From positions 18,179 to 82,178 of the forward strand of contig CAVRFM010000023.1 in the NCBI GenBank assembly GCA_963720375.1: a stretch of 64,000 nucleotides of DNA. Reading direction: 5' to 3'. The notes beneath the pieces were generated by a model, which saw nothing but the letters and a program-made list of their open reading frames with translations, was not told where the DNA came from and ran no database searches. Shown in pieces: positions 9,901 through 19,120 of the stretch. Position 1 is the stretch's first letter. Each line of letters opens with the position of its first letter. A program made the position numbers and the translations under genes. The DNA comes from an uncultured Chloroflexia bacterium (GTDB lineage: Bacteria > Chloroflexota > Dehalococcoidia > UBA2247 > RBG-13-53-26).

Positions 9901-10207
9901 ATCGAAGTGGCAATTCGAGCAACCGAAGCCGCTGTAGGTATGACAAACCTGCAGCGGCTTTCATTCCTATGAACTGGCTATCGGCAACGGCTGAGGCATG
10001 ATCACCGAATACGATCTGAGACAAGCCGCAGCATCTACCTGGTCTTGATCCTGATCAGTATGTCTCCCGGGTGGCCGTCAGTAGCCTAGCAGGCGCCGCG
10101 GTGCTTTCGGCTGTGTGCCGACAAAGGACCGAGAATCTGACGACCGGAGAGACCTAGAACGGACAGTCACAGGACTGTGTTGGCCTTGTGTCATGTCCCT
10201 TTGTTCC

Positions 10208-10350
10208 GCAACTTCAAACCTCAAGGCCAACTGTAGTATAGTGCTGCCATTCTTGGTTCACGGACGACGCGAAGAGACTGCCGGTGTCTGTGCGACGCCG
10301 AAATGATTCAGGTAGATCTTGATGCATAAGCATGAAAGGGCAGACATCCC
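10208..10350 (+). other. conserved noncoding element copy E2
   Basis: Aligns with E1. The core is TTGATGCATAAGCATGAAAGGGCAGACATCCC. No plus-strand gene follows directly. Confidence 0.55.
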
Positions 10351-10473
10351 AACCTCAGCTTGGACGTAGAAGTGGATAGGCGGTTTTGATTCCCTCAAGG
10401 CCGTCAAGTGATCCCAAATGGCCTCTTGAATATCGAGGGTATCACAATCTACCGCTGAATTAAGGAGCAGCGT

Positions 10474-10827
10474 CTAGCTAACATTCTCCGGCCCCCAGTA
10501 TGCCCTCATGTGTTGCACCTTGCCATCGGCATTAAGCTCGAACACATCAATCGGGCTGATGGTCATGGCTTTCATCACACCATCAAAACTGAAGGCCACC
10601 GAATTGCCAGCGCAGCGCAGCTTGCCATTCAATTTCAGCTTCATCCCCATGGCAAACCCAGATTTGTACAATCCAAGGATCTCCTCGATGCCGTGGCGCA
10701 CGGGGGAGCCGACCGGGTCTTCCACAGTGGCATCTACAGCAAAGAGTCTGCGGATCATGTTGAGATCAGCTTTCTCAAAGGCTTCAACGTACATTTGAAC
10801 GGTTTTTTGAAGCGTAGCGGTTTCCAT
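10474..10827 (-). CDS. SnoaL-like / NTF2-fold (ketosteroid-isomerase-like) protein
   Basis: 117 aa. YVEAFEKADLNMIRRLFAVDATVEDP pattern is typical of SnoaL-like polyketide-cyclase/NTF2 folds. Confidence 0.5.
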   Translation of the reverse strand: METATLQKTVQMYVEAFEKADLNMIRRLFAVDATVEDPVGSPVRHGIEEILGLYKSGFAMGMKLKLNGKLRCAGNSVAFSFDGVMKAMTISPIDVFELNADGKVQHMRAYWGPENVS

Positions 10828-10883
10828 GCGGCCTCCTCCTTTTGGATAATCACGCAGACATTATACACTTACAGTTTAAGGTT

Positions 10884-10915
10884 TTGATGCGTACGCATGG
10901 AATGGGAGACATCCC
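10884..10915 (+). other. conserved element core copy E3 (32 nt), perfect palindrome ATGCGTACGCAT
   Basis: TTGATGCGTACGCATGGAATGGGAGACATCCC abuts the start of repeat copy B. Confidence 0.5.
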
Positions 10916-11309
10916 GATAATTGTGCAGGAGGGGCTGAAACTGGCGACAGACAGCCTCTGCTACTTTGCCCACTGGATTACTCTGGAGACGTCTCCTATT
11001 CGGTTTGACGCCCGTTTCTTTGTGGCCTCTGCCCCGCCGGATCAGGAGGCTTGTTCTGATGGATTGGAGACGACTGTGGCTAAGTGGATTTCACCTCAGG
11101 AGCTACTGGAAGAACACCGAAAAGGGGCGTTGTTTCTGCCTGTGCCCACGCTATCCAGCGTGTCAACCCTGGCCCGGTTCTCCAGAGTTGACGAAGTGAT
11201 TGCCTCGACGCGTGGTAAAGTGATACATGTTGGTCACGGGTGACCAGGATTAGCCCTTTGCTTGATTATCCTTCACCCGGCGCAGCCAATTCTCCACCCA
11301 TGACACCAG
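10914..11309. repeat. 395-bp direct repeat, copy B
   Basis: About 97% identical to 7439..7833. Here the meaB 3' end is the genuine one and the Nudix portion is a truncated fragment. Confidence 0.85.
10927..11243 (+). pseudogene. truncated duplicate of the C-terminal ~105 codons of the Nudix gene at 7031..7768
   Basis: The encoded peptide is near-identical to the C-terminus of the 7031 product, but lacks the N-terminal half and a proper start. Confidence 0.7.
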
Positions 11310-12246
11310 AGTCCTGTGGCTGAGGATCTCTTCGGCGGCGGAGTAGGGATCAATCTCGCCTTTCTCCACCTTTTCCAGGTAGCAGTTGAGCTGGCTGTCA
11401 CCCTCAACCAATTGTAGAATCTGGGTGGTGATCCTGATTCTCTATGGTGCGAAGCAGGTCTGCCTTGCGCTGCTGCTGACGCCTCAGGGCGAGTTTGCCA
11501 CTCTGTTTAAGGGCCTGATAGTGGTTTTCAACATGTTGATAGAGTTCTCTGGTGCCTACGTCGTTGGTGGCCTGGGTGGCCACAACGGGGACTTGCCACC
11601 ACGATTGTTTTGGGCTCTGGTGGAGCATTGATATCAACTCGCCTACCAGGTAATCCGCCCCGGGGCGGTCGGCCTTGTTCACAGCGAAGATATCGGCGAT
11701 TTCCATCAGTCCGGCTTTCATGGTCTGAATGGTGTCCCCGGCTTCGGGGACCAGGATGACGACGACGGTATCAACGGTCTCCATGACATCAATCTCTGTC
11801 TGCCCAACGCCAACCGTCTCCACGAAGATGATGTCCTTACCGGAGGCATCCATGAGCTTGATTACACTGGAGGCCGTCCGAGGCAGTCCTCCATGGCTCC
11901 CCCGGGTGGCCATGCTGCGAATGAAGACGCCGTCATCAAGGAAGTGCTGCTGCATCCTGACCCTGTCTCCCAGCACAGCGCCTCCCGAAAACGGGCTGGT
12001 GGGGTCAACAGCTATGATGCCGACCTGCAACGCCTTCTCTCTGGCGATGGCAGTCAGTCTGCTGACCATGGTGCTCTTCCCGCCTCCCGGCGGGCCAGTG
12101 ATGCCAACACAGAAGGCCTTGCCTGTGTGGGGATAGATGGCCCTCATTAGTTCGGGCACCTCGTCGCTTTCCCTCTCCACCGTGGTGATCAGCCGTGCCA
12201 AGGATAGCCTGTCACCAGCGAGCATTCTCTCTATAATTTCAGTCAT
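11250..12246 (-). CDS. meaB: methylmalonyl-CoA mutase-associated GTPase MeaB/ArgK, interrupted by an apparent +1 frameshift near 11433
   Basis: GITGPPGGGKST P-loop, NKAD G4 motif and the family's C-terminal LEKVEKGEIDPYSAAEEIL. The C-terminal about 55 codons are only readable after skipping one nt (CAG-G-ATC). Confidence 0.75.
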
Positions 12247-12403
12247 TAACGGCTCCTCGTCAGGTTCTGCCAGGGCGTCATGAGGAAGATGGTATGACAG
12301 TCACTGCGATGCTGCTTTTGCATTGTAGGTCTGCTTGTTGATATTATAGATTATAAGGTAAGAATGAGCCCGATTCAAAGTCGGGGAAGATCGAGGAGGG
12401 TCG

Positions 12404-14011
12404 ATGGCTGAGAACAAAAATGGGCAAATATACTCAGTCTCTGGGATCCCCATAAAGGACATCTATACCCCAGAGGACGTGAAGAATATCAACTACGAGA
12501 AAGACATCGGCGCCCCCGGCAAGCCTCCATATACTCGGGGCGTGTACGCCAGTATGTACCGGGGCCAACTGTGGACCATCAGGCGTCTCACCGGCTATGA
12601 CAGCCCGGAGGCCACCAACGCCCGCTACAAGGAGGAGTATGCCCTGGGGCAGACAGGCTTCTCCATTGCTCCCGATATTTCCACTCCTTCGGGCATGGAC
12701 CCGGATGACCCCAGAGTGGCGCATGATATTGGCCACGCCGGCGTTCCCATCTACTCCATCGAAGATATGGAGGCTGTCTTCAAGGATCTGCCCATAGAGA
12801 AGTGTTCTGCTTTCTTGGCAGACAGGGTTGGTGGACTGCTGACACCTGCATACTTCGTCATGGCGCAAAGGCGAGGCATACCCCTCGATCAGGTCAGAGG
12901 GACAACGGCCAACGACATGCTGACCTGGAGCTCGATGGAGCTGGCCAACCAGCCTCCGCCAGAGGCCTACTTCCGGCTCTCCGTGGACCTCGTCGAGTGG
13001 TGCGCTCAGTACGCGCCGCGGTGGTATCCCATATCCATGAACTCCTACAACCCCAGAGACAACGGCATCAGCGCTATCCAGGAGCTGGGCATGCTCATGG
13101 CGGATGTTATCCAGTATTGCGATGAGGGGAAGCGGCGGGGCAGGGTTCCTTTGGACAAGTTCTGCAAGAGGTTTGCGTTCAACATGGCTGCCAACAACGA
13201 TCTCTTTGAGGAAATATGCAAACTACGTGCGGCCCGGCGCATGCTGCGCAAGATCATCAACGAAAGATTCGGGGTACAGGACCCGGCGTGCGGACAGTTC
13301 CGGGTGCACGTCCAGACCTCAGGCTCCACTCATACGCACCAGGAGCCTCTGAACAACGTCATCCGCATTGCCTACCAGACACTGGCTGCTGTCTTGGGCG
13401 GAGCCCAGTCTATACACGCCAACGGCTATGATGAAGCGGTGTGCCTGCCGACGGAACAAGCCATGCTGCTGGCCATTCGGACGGAGCAGATAGTAGGGCT
13501 CGAGTCCGGTGTTACCAATACCATAGACCCGCTCGGAGGCTCTTACTATGTTGAGTCCCTGACCAATGAGATAGAGAAGAGGGCATGGGAATATATCAAG
13601 AAGATCGAAGACCAGGGTGGTCTCTTGAAGGCCATCACCAATGGATGGATTCACCGGGAGTACAAACAGGCCATCATTGACTACGACAACAAACTGAAGT
13701 CCGGCGAACTTACCATTGTGGGCGTCAACAAGTTCCGCCTCGATCCGGACAAGGTGCCCTACAAGGTGCCCATCTTCAAGTCCGATCGGACCTCTGTCGA
13801 GTTTCTCAAGCAAAGGATCAAGAAGCTCAGAGAGACCAGGGACAAAGCCAAGCATGCCCAGGCCATGAAGAAGCTGGACGAGGTCCTCCGCAGCGACGCC
13901 AACTCTGTCCCGGCTATCAAGGAAGCGGTGGAAGCACATGCTACCCCCGGAGAGTTGGGGGCGGCTGTGATGAAAGTCTACGGCAAGTGGGCCTACCCGA
14001 TCGGTGTCTAG
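12404..14011 (+). CDS. methylmalonyl-CoA mutase-family catalytic (substrate-binding) subunit
   Basis: RGVYASMYRGQLWTIRRLTGY...PRVAHDIGHAGVPIYSIEDM matches the MCM/ICM alpha-subunit TIM-barrel signature. 535 aa, with a separate B12 subunit downstream. Confidence 0.8.
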   Translation: MAENKNGQIYSVSGIPIKDIYTPEDVKNINYEKDIGAPGKPPYTRGVYASMYRGQLWTIRRLTGYDSPEATNARYKEEYALGQTGFSIAPDISTPSGMDPDDPRVAHDIGHAGVPIYSIEDMEAVFKDLPIEKCSAFLADRVGGLLTPAYFVMAQRRGIPLDQVRGTTANDMLTWSSMELANQPPPEAYFRLSVDLVEWCAQYAPRWYPISMNSYNPRDNGISAIQELGMLMADVIQYCDEGKRRGRVPLDKFCKRFAFNMAANNDLFEEICKLRAARRMLRKIINERFGVQDPACGQFRVHVQTSGSTHTHQEPLNNVIRIAYQTLAAVLGGAQSIHANGYDEAVCLPTEQAMLLAIRTEQIVGLESGVTNTIDPLGGSYYVESLTNEIEKRAWEYIKKIEDQGGLLKAITNGWIHREYKQAIIDYDNKLKSGELTIVGVNKFRLDPDKVPYKVPIFKSDRTSVEFLKQRIKKLRETRDKAKHAQAMKKLDEVLRSDANSVPAIKEAVEAHATPGELGAAVMKVYGKWAYPIGV

Positions 14012-14444
14012 AGAAGGAGAAGAAGCAATGACTCAGAAGAAAGTCAGAGTTCTAATGGCCAAGCCGGGGCTGGAGGGTCACTGGCGCGGATTGATTTCCG
14101 TCAGCCAGGCTTTCAAGGATGCCGGCTTTGAAGTGATATACGGTGGCAGCATGCCTCCGACTGAGATCGCTGCGACCGCTCTTCAGGAAGACGTTGATAT
14201 AGTTGGCCTCAGCATACTCTGCTCCAACTACATGGAGCTGGTCACCGAGGTCATGAAGGAGCTCAAGGCCAAGAAGAAGGATGACGTAATCGTCATATTG
14301 GGTGGCATCATCTACGAGGAGGATTTTGATGCACTCCACAAGATGGGCGTCGATGGGATATACATTCCGGGCACTCCTCTGGACGATATAGTGGCCTCGG
14401 TCCGCCAAATCATTACCCGGGGCAAGAGGAAGGTTACCAGGTAG
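14004..14444 (+). CDS. cobalamin-binding small subunit of acyl-CoA mutase
   Basis: 146 aa. B12-binding Rossmann-like domain (VIYGGSMPPTEI, DIVGLSIL). 8-bp overlap with the catalytic-subunit gene. Confidence 0.75.
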   Translation: MSREGEEAMTQKKVRVLMAKPGLEGHWRGLISVSQAFKDAGFEVIYGGSMPPTEIAATALQEDVDIVGLSILCSNYMELVTEVMKELKAKKKDDVIVILGGIIYEEDFDALHKMGVDGIYIPGTPLDDIVASVRQIITRGKRKVTR

Positions 14445-14564
14445 GATTGGCCCACCGGGGGGAGTACCACTATCCATACTCCCCTTATGGCTGGCTTACT
14501 CCTACATCCACAGCAAAGTCGGGTAGGCTGGAGCATTGCGGCTCCGCCTCCCCGTTTCCGTCAC

Positions 14565-14579
14565 AGGGGCTTCGCCCCT
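14565..14579 (+). terminator. GC hairpin AGGGGC-TTC-GCCCCT after the mutase genes (weak, no U-tract)
   Basis: Perfect 6-bp stem seen directly. It starts a 580-bp gene-free AT-rich spacer. Confidence 0.3.
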
Positions 14580-15029
14580 CTGCACTCCCCAGTTGCTAAA
14601 CAATCTCACTTCCTCAAGTTTGACACTTAGAACGAGCCTATCTTATACTTAAGCTGCGATCAGCTTCTAGACTCAATCTCTGGACTCAGTTTTTGTAACT
14701 AGCGAGGAAGAAATATTGGTGCCGACTGCGGCTGTAAAGCAAGGCCACATACTGGGGTCTGATTACAATGGGTTTGTTTTGACTATAGCTGGAGTCCAGG
14801 TATCTGATCCTTCAACCAGTTTTCTCCGACTTAACTACACCTGCGATTCTATATACTATGTCCGGAGATGTTTTGATTCCTGCCAAAGGTAATCATGTGG
14901 GGGATGATAGGTTTTCAAGACTATCGGGTTTCGGTGTTCAAGCTGTGGTATCGGACGGAATGTCTTACCAGTGTTGATAGGCTTGTCTATAGTATATATC
15001 CTTGTGGTCTATAATCGAGGAGGGAGTGA

Positions 15030-15500
15030 ATGAGTGTAAAGGATCCATTGTGGTTGGCGAAGCATCTACATAGCAGGAAAAGGGTCCTGATCATGGCCGG
15101 TGCCCTGTGCGATCAAATAGAGCTGGAGGGCAAGAGCTTATTGGATTACGTAGCAGAGATATCCAAGAAGATAAATGCGCCCATTGCTGCTACGGGGAAT
15201 ACGGTTAATGGCTTGAGACAAAGAGGCATCGATACAAAAAAGGCATGGGCGATCGAAATGGTGAATTTCACGCGCTATGACTGGAAGCACCCTATCATGA
15301 ATGGAAAACCTGAAGTAATGGTCTTCATAGGCTATAGCCCGACACTTGCCAGCAACCTGGTCTCCGCGGTCAAGGATGTGGAGACTGTTGTGCTGGGCAA
15401 TACGTGTGTTGATGAGGCGACTTACTCTCTTCCTGATACCACCAGCTTCAAGGCGTGGCAGAAGGAACTGACGGATTTGATCCAGGCACTGGGGAAATAA
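15030..15500 (+). CDS. cdhB: CO dehydrogenase/acetyl-CoA synthase epsilon subunit (CdhB-like)
   Basis: 156 aa. VLIMAGAL...INAPIAATGN...MVFIGYSP pattern matches archaeal CdhB (PLLMVGTL...IPIAATG...MVIAIGF, recalled from memory). Confidence 0.6.
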   Translation: MSVKDPLWLAKHLHSRKRVLIMAGALCDQIELEGKSLLDYVAEISKKINAPIAATGNTVNGLRQRGIDTKKAWAIEMVNFTRYDWKHPIMNGKPEVMVFIGYSPTLASNLVSAVKDVETVVLGNTCVDEATYSLPDTTSFKAWQKELTDLIQALGK

Positions 15501-15509
15501 TAGCGCGAA

Positions 15510-16079
15510 ATGAACGATCAGGCTGCGATACCGAAGGAGCGGGCCAGTGACGGTGAGTTCCGGCACTACGTATTCAGTGTGTCGGAGGTGCGTGCTGAGA
15601 CAGAGCGATTTCTGGGGCAAGTAGGATACGAACTCAAGCCTCCAAAGTACATTGGCCTTGTTCAGCCTGATTTTCGAGCAAAGCGCAAGACGAGCAGTGG
15701 TACCTATGAACTTGTTGGGATGGTGCGTGACAATTTGGATCAGGCAGTTGAGGCGCTTACCAAGCTGGCTGCCGTAAAGGCTGCCAATCGTAATGTTGAC
15801 TGTGTCCTGGTTTTGCCTCCCATAAACGAGTACCTCTTGATCGAATGGCTGACAGAGGAGAGCGGTCGATGGTACTTTGGCCTGAAGGACTGCAAAATCG
15901 TGGTGTGGTTCTGCAATCCGGACAATAAGACAACGATATGCGTTATTGGAGCGCCGGCAGACAGGGACTTCCAGAAGCACTTCTATATGAGTACGATGAG
16001 TTTCGATGACTACATGTCTATCAGAGCGTCTCACCTCATTAAAGAGAGGCTTCTGGCAGAAGAAGAGGAAGAAGAGTAG
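15510..16079 (+). CDS. hypothetical protein with poly-Glu C-terminus
   Basis: 189-aa ORF tightly packed between cdhB and the SDR gene. No recognisable motif. Confidence 0.4.
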   Translation: MNDQAAIPKERASDGEFRHYVFSVSEVRAETERFLGQVGYELKPPKYIGLVQPDFRAKRKTSSGTYELVGMVRDNLDQAVEALTKLAAVKAANRNVDCVLVLPPINEYLLIEWLTEESGRWYFGLKDCKIVVWFCNPDNKTTICVIGAPADRDFQKHFYMSTMSFDDYMSIRASHLIKERLLAEEEEEE

Positions 16080-16127
16080 GCCGAAGAAGGCCTTCTAGAT
16101 CAAGCAAAAGATACTCTTGAGGAGGAG

Positions 16128-17054
16128 GTGAGAATGGCTAAACATCTGGAAGGTAAGAATGCTGTGGTCACCGGCGGAGGCCGGGGCATAGGAAGAGCAG
16201 TGGCATTGGAATTGGCCAGGAATGGCGCCAAGGTAGTCGTATCTGATCTCGGCGGCAGCGCGGCTGGAGAAGGCTCTGATGCGACGCCGGCGCAGCAGGT
16301 GGCAGATGAGATCAAGAAGGCTGGTGGGCAAGCGGTTGCCAATCATGATAACGTCACCGATTTCGCTGCGGCAGAGCGGATCATCAAGACATGCGTGGAC
16401 AACTTCGGCAGGATAGACATTCTGGTCAACTGCGCCGGTATTCTGCGTGATCGCATGATCTTCAACATGACGGAACAGGAGTGGGATGCCGTTATCGCTG
16501 TTCATCTGAAGGGCATGTTCAACATGTGCCGCCATGCATCCAGACTGATGAGGGAGCAGAAGTGGGGACGAATTGTTAGTACTACCTCTGATGCCTGGCG
16601 GGGTGCGCCGGGACAGCCTAACTACAGCGCCGCCAAGGGCGGCATTGTAAGTCTCACCTACACCATGGCGGGAGAGTTGGGCAAGTATAATGTGACTGTG
16701 AATGCCATTGCTCCAATAGCAGCTACCAGACTGACGATGAGTGATGAGGTGAAGGCGAGATTCACCAGGGCTCTTGAAGCGGGCATGATGAACAAGGAAC
16801 AGTATGAGGAGGCAATAAACATGCCCGGGCCGGAGTTTGTGGCTCCAATAGTGGCCTACCTTTGCACGGAAGAGGCAAAAATCATCAATGGTAAGGTTAT
16901 CGGGGTCAGCGGTGGTCGCGTGGCTATCTATACCAAACCATTCGAGATTGCGGGCCTCCATAGGCAGCCTAGGAAAGATGGTGCCTGGACAGTGGACGAG
17001 CTGATCAAGTTAGTCCCCGGGACTTTGATGGCTACACCATTGGTCATGATGTAG
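16128..17054 (+). CDS. SDR-family oxidoreductase (paralogue of 8977..9900)
   Basis: TGGGRGIGRA, NCAG, YSAAK motifs. Domain layout matches the 8977 product. Confidence 0.7.
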   Translation: MRMAKHLEGKNAVVTGGGRGIGRAVALELARNGAKVVVSDLGGSAAGEGSDATPAQQVADEIKKAGGQAVANHDNVTDFAAAERIIKTCVDNFGRIDILVNCAGILRDRMIFNMTEQEWDAVIAVHLKGMFNMCRHASRLMREQKWGRIVSTTSDAWRGAPGQPNYSAAKGGIVSLTYTMAGELGKYNVTVNAIAPIAATRLTMSDEVKARFTRALEAGMMNKEQYEEAINMPGPEFVAPIVAYLCTEEAKIINGKVIGVSGGRVAIYTKPFEIAGLHRQPRKDGAWTVDELIKLVPGTLMATPLVMM

Positions 17055-17082
17055 TTTGTGATCTTAAAGCGGATTTAACCTC

Positions 17083-17112
17083 GGTGCACCGTGCCTTAGA
17101 CCACGGTGCACC
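17083..17112. promoter_or_regulatory. perfect 11-bp inverted repeat GGTGCACCGTG-N8-CACGGTGCACC
   Basis: Seen directly between the SDR stop and the cdhC-1 start. No U-tract, so it is more consistent with a regulator binding site or an attenuator than with a simple terminator. Confidence 0.4.
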
Positions 17113-17241
17113 GGGATTTGGTTGTCTGGAGGAACAAGCAAAAACTGGCCTGTTTGAGAAGGCGCTTGTCTAAGGGTCTTCTCAAGCATGGCACAGTCTG
17201 ATATCTGATATATGTATGGATCTATGTAGAAGGAGGTCAAT

Positions 17242-18606
17242 GTGAGTGTTGCGGAAAGTGCCGAGATAAAGATACCAGCCGGAAGGGAGTATCAGTTGCC
17301 GACCGACCCTGATCATCTGTGGGATGGGTTGAAGGATATCGGGTTGGGGATAAGATGGGTAGCTGAGGTAAAAAAGGCCGACATGCAAATTGAGCTGTCG
17401 GGGCCAAAGTGGGAATACAAGAGTTACACCATCCTTGAGATCGTAGAAGAACCGGGGAAGGTCAGGAACGGCATAGTTAACCTTGTTGGCCCGGATATAC
17501 ATGAAGTCCCGCCTGGGAGTTCCTTCCCTATGGCATGGGACATCAAGGTCTATGGCCATGGGATAACCCAGAGACACCGGGAATACATTGAAAGACAAAT
17601 GGCCATGTCATTACATGGTATAGAGGGCTATATGGCCTTTGGCTCATTCCAGGCCCCCTGGATGCGCTTCAGCAAGGCTATCGTTGGACGACTCACCTTT
17701 GCGAAGCTGTGCCAGGTCATACATGCCTACGTCAAGACCGTTGTCCCGCAGGTGGAGGCGATGGAGTTCCGCTGGATCATTGCATCGGAGGAAGTTGGTG
17801 GCCTCAAGCTGATTGAGCCACTTTACAGGTTGGGTATCCAGAGGCTGAAGGCGCAGGAGCTGTCGGTCTCTCTTGAAGATGCTGATGTGGATATCTTCTA
17901 TGGCTGCACTATCTGCAAGTCGCTGGCCCCCAACCACGTGTGCGTCATTACACCGAGCCAGATACCGTACTGTGGCATCCTCTCCTATAATGGAGCGCAG
18001 GTGACGGTGGAGCTTGATCCGGAGGGCTATATCTTCCGGATGAGCAAAGGCGAGTGCAAAAATGAACAAATGGGCAGCTACACCGGTGTGGATGAGGCAG
18101 TCTACGAGAGGTCTAACCATCAGATAAAGCATGTGAATGTCTTCAGTGCCATAAAGTATCCTACTACCAACTGCGGTTGCTTCGAAGGGGCGGCATTCTA
18201 CATTCCTGAAGTAGATGGCCTTGGCCTGGCTATAAGACGGTACATTGGGGTAACTCCGTTGGGCGTAAAGTTCTCGCGTCTGGCCGGCATGATTTCGGGC
18301 GGCTCTCAGAATCATGGAAATAAGGGCGTATCCATGCGGTCCATGCAAAGCAAGACCTTTCTCAAGGGCGATGGAGGTTGGAGCAGGATAGTGTGGATGC
18401 CCGCCGATTTGAAGAAGGAAGTCGCGGAATACATTCCCGAAGAGATCTACGATAAGATTGCCACTGAGCAGGATACCGTTGATCCTATCGAGCTGAAAGA
18501 GTTTCTAAAGAAGAAGAAGCATCCGATAGTAGAGAAGTATTGGAAGAATGGCGAACCACAGCCACTGAAAGTACCACTCCCCGGAGCGAAGTGGCCCGAC
18601 GAATAG
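17242..18606 (+). CDS. cdhC: acetyl-CoA synthase catalytic subunit, archaeal short type (CdhC/AcsB-like), copy 1
   Basis: 454 aa. Contains the A-cluster Cys-Gly-Cys motif (NCGCFE) plus upstream Cys residues (CTICKS...CGIL). Confidence 0.75.
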   Translation: MSVAESAEIKIPAGREYQLPTDPDHLWDGLKDIGLGIRWVAEVKKADMQIELSGPKWEYKSYTILEIVEEPGKVRNGIVNLVGPDIHEVPPGSSFPMAWDIKVYGHGITQRHREYIERQMAMSLHGIEGYMAFGSFQAPWMRFSKAIVGRLTFAKLCQVIHAYVKTVVPQVEAMEFRWIIASEEVGGLKLIEPLYRLGIQRLKAQELSVSLEDADVDIFYGCTICKSLAPNHVCVITPSQIPYCGILSYNGAQVTVELDPEGYIFRMSKGECKNEQMGSYTGVDEAVYERSNHQIKHVNVFSAIKYPTTNCGCFEGAAFYIPEVDGLGLAIRRYIGVTPLGVKFSRLAGMISGGSQNHGNKGVSMRSMQSKTFLKGDGGWSRIVWMPADLKKEVAEYIPEEIYDKIATEQDTVDPIELKEFLKKKKHPIVEKYWKNGEPQPLKVPLPGAKWPDE

Positions 18607-18622
18607 CCTTTGGAGGTGGACT

Positions 18623-18838
18623 ATGGGAGAGAAGACCTGCGGTGTTTGTCAGAAGAAGGTAGCGGAGTTTGCATGTAGTGTGTGTGGCGTACCTCTGTGT
18701 GCTGAATGTGTTCGAGAGGTAGCCATAGAAAACCCTGGTCAGAGAGTTCTGGGTGTATTAACCAGCCCTTTGAAGTCCGGAATGAAGAAGCAAAAAGTAT
18801 GTGAGAAATGCATGAAGGAAGTGGACTTTGTTGAGTAG
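18623..18838 (+). CDS. Cys4x2 zinc-ribbon small protein, copy 1
   Basis: 71 aa with four CxxC pairs (CGVCQ, CSVCG, CAEC, CEKC). A paralogue sits at the same position in module 2. Confidence 0.6.
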   Translation: MGEKTCGVCQKKVAEFACSVCGVPLCAECVREVAIENPGQRVLGVLTSPLKSGMKKQKVCEKCMKEVDFVE

Positions 18839-19120
18839 CGCGGCTCCTTCTTGCTGTTGTTTTGGTGACCCTGTAATTTACAGCAAGTCACTTGATTGCC
18901 GAGAGGCTTTGACTTATTTGCTGGTGTATTCACTTTCTCAAGGTTCTTAAAGACGAAATTCAGTGGTATTTCGAACACGACATTGAAGAAGATCTCTACA
19001 CACTCTGCAGTGAATACCGGGAAGGTCTGCCAGGTGAATAGAGGATATATGTGTTCTGAATCGGTCGTCAATTGTTTGTTCTGCTGACTCAATTAAGCGA
19101 TATCTGGGAGGGAGAAAGCT

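Noticed and set aside
13319-13939. 206-aa minus-strand ORF within the mutase catalytic subunit gene
   Set aside because: Antisense shadow ORF of a GC-rich gene. No motifs.
15138-16961. Long minus-strand ORFs (15138..16034, 16095..16961) overlapping cdhB, the hypothetical gene and the SDR gene
   Set aside because: Antisense to plus-strand genes with clear family signatures. Compositionally biased translations.
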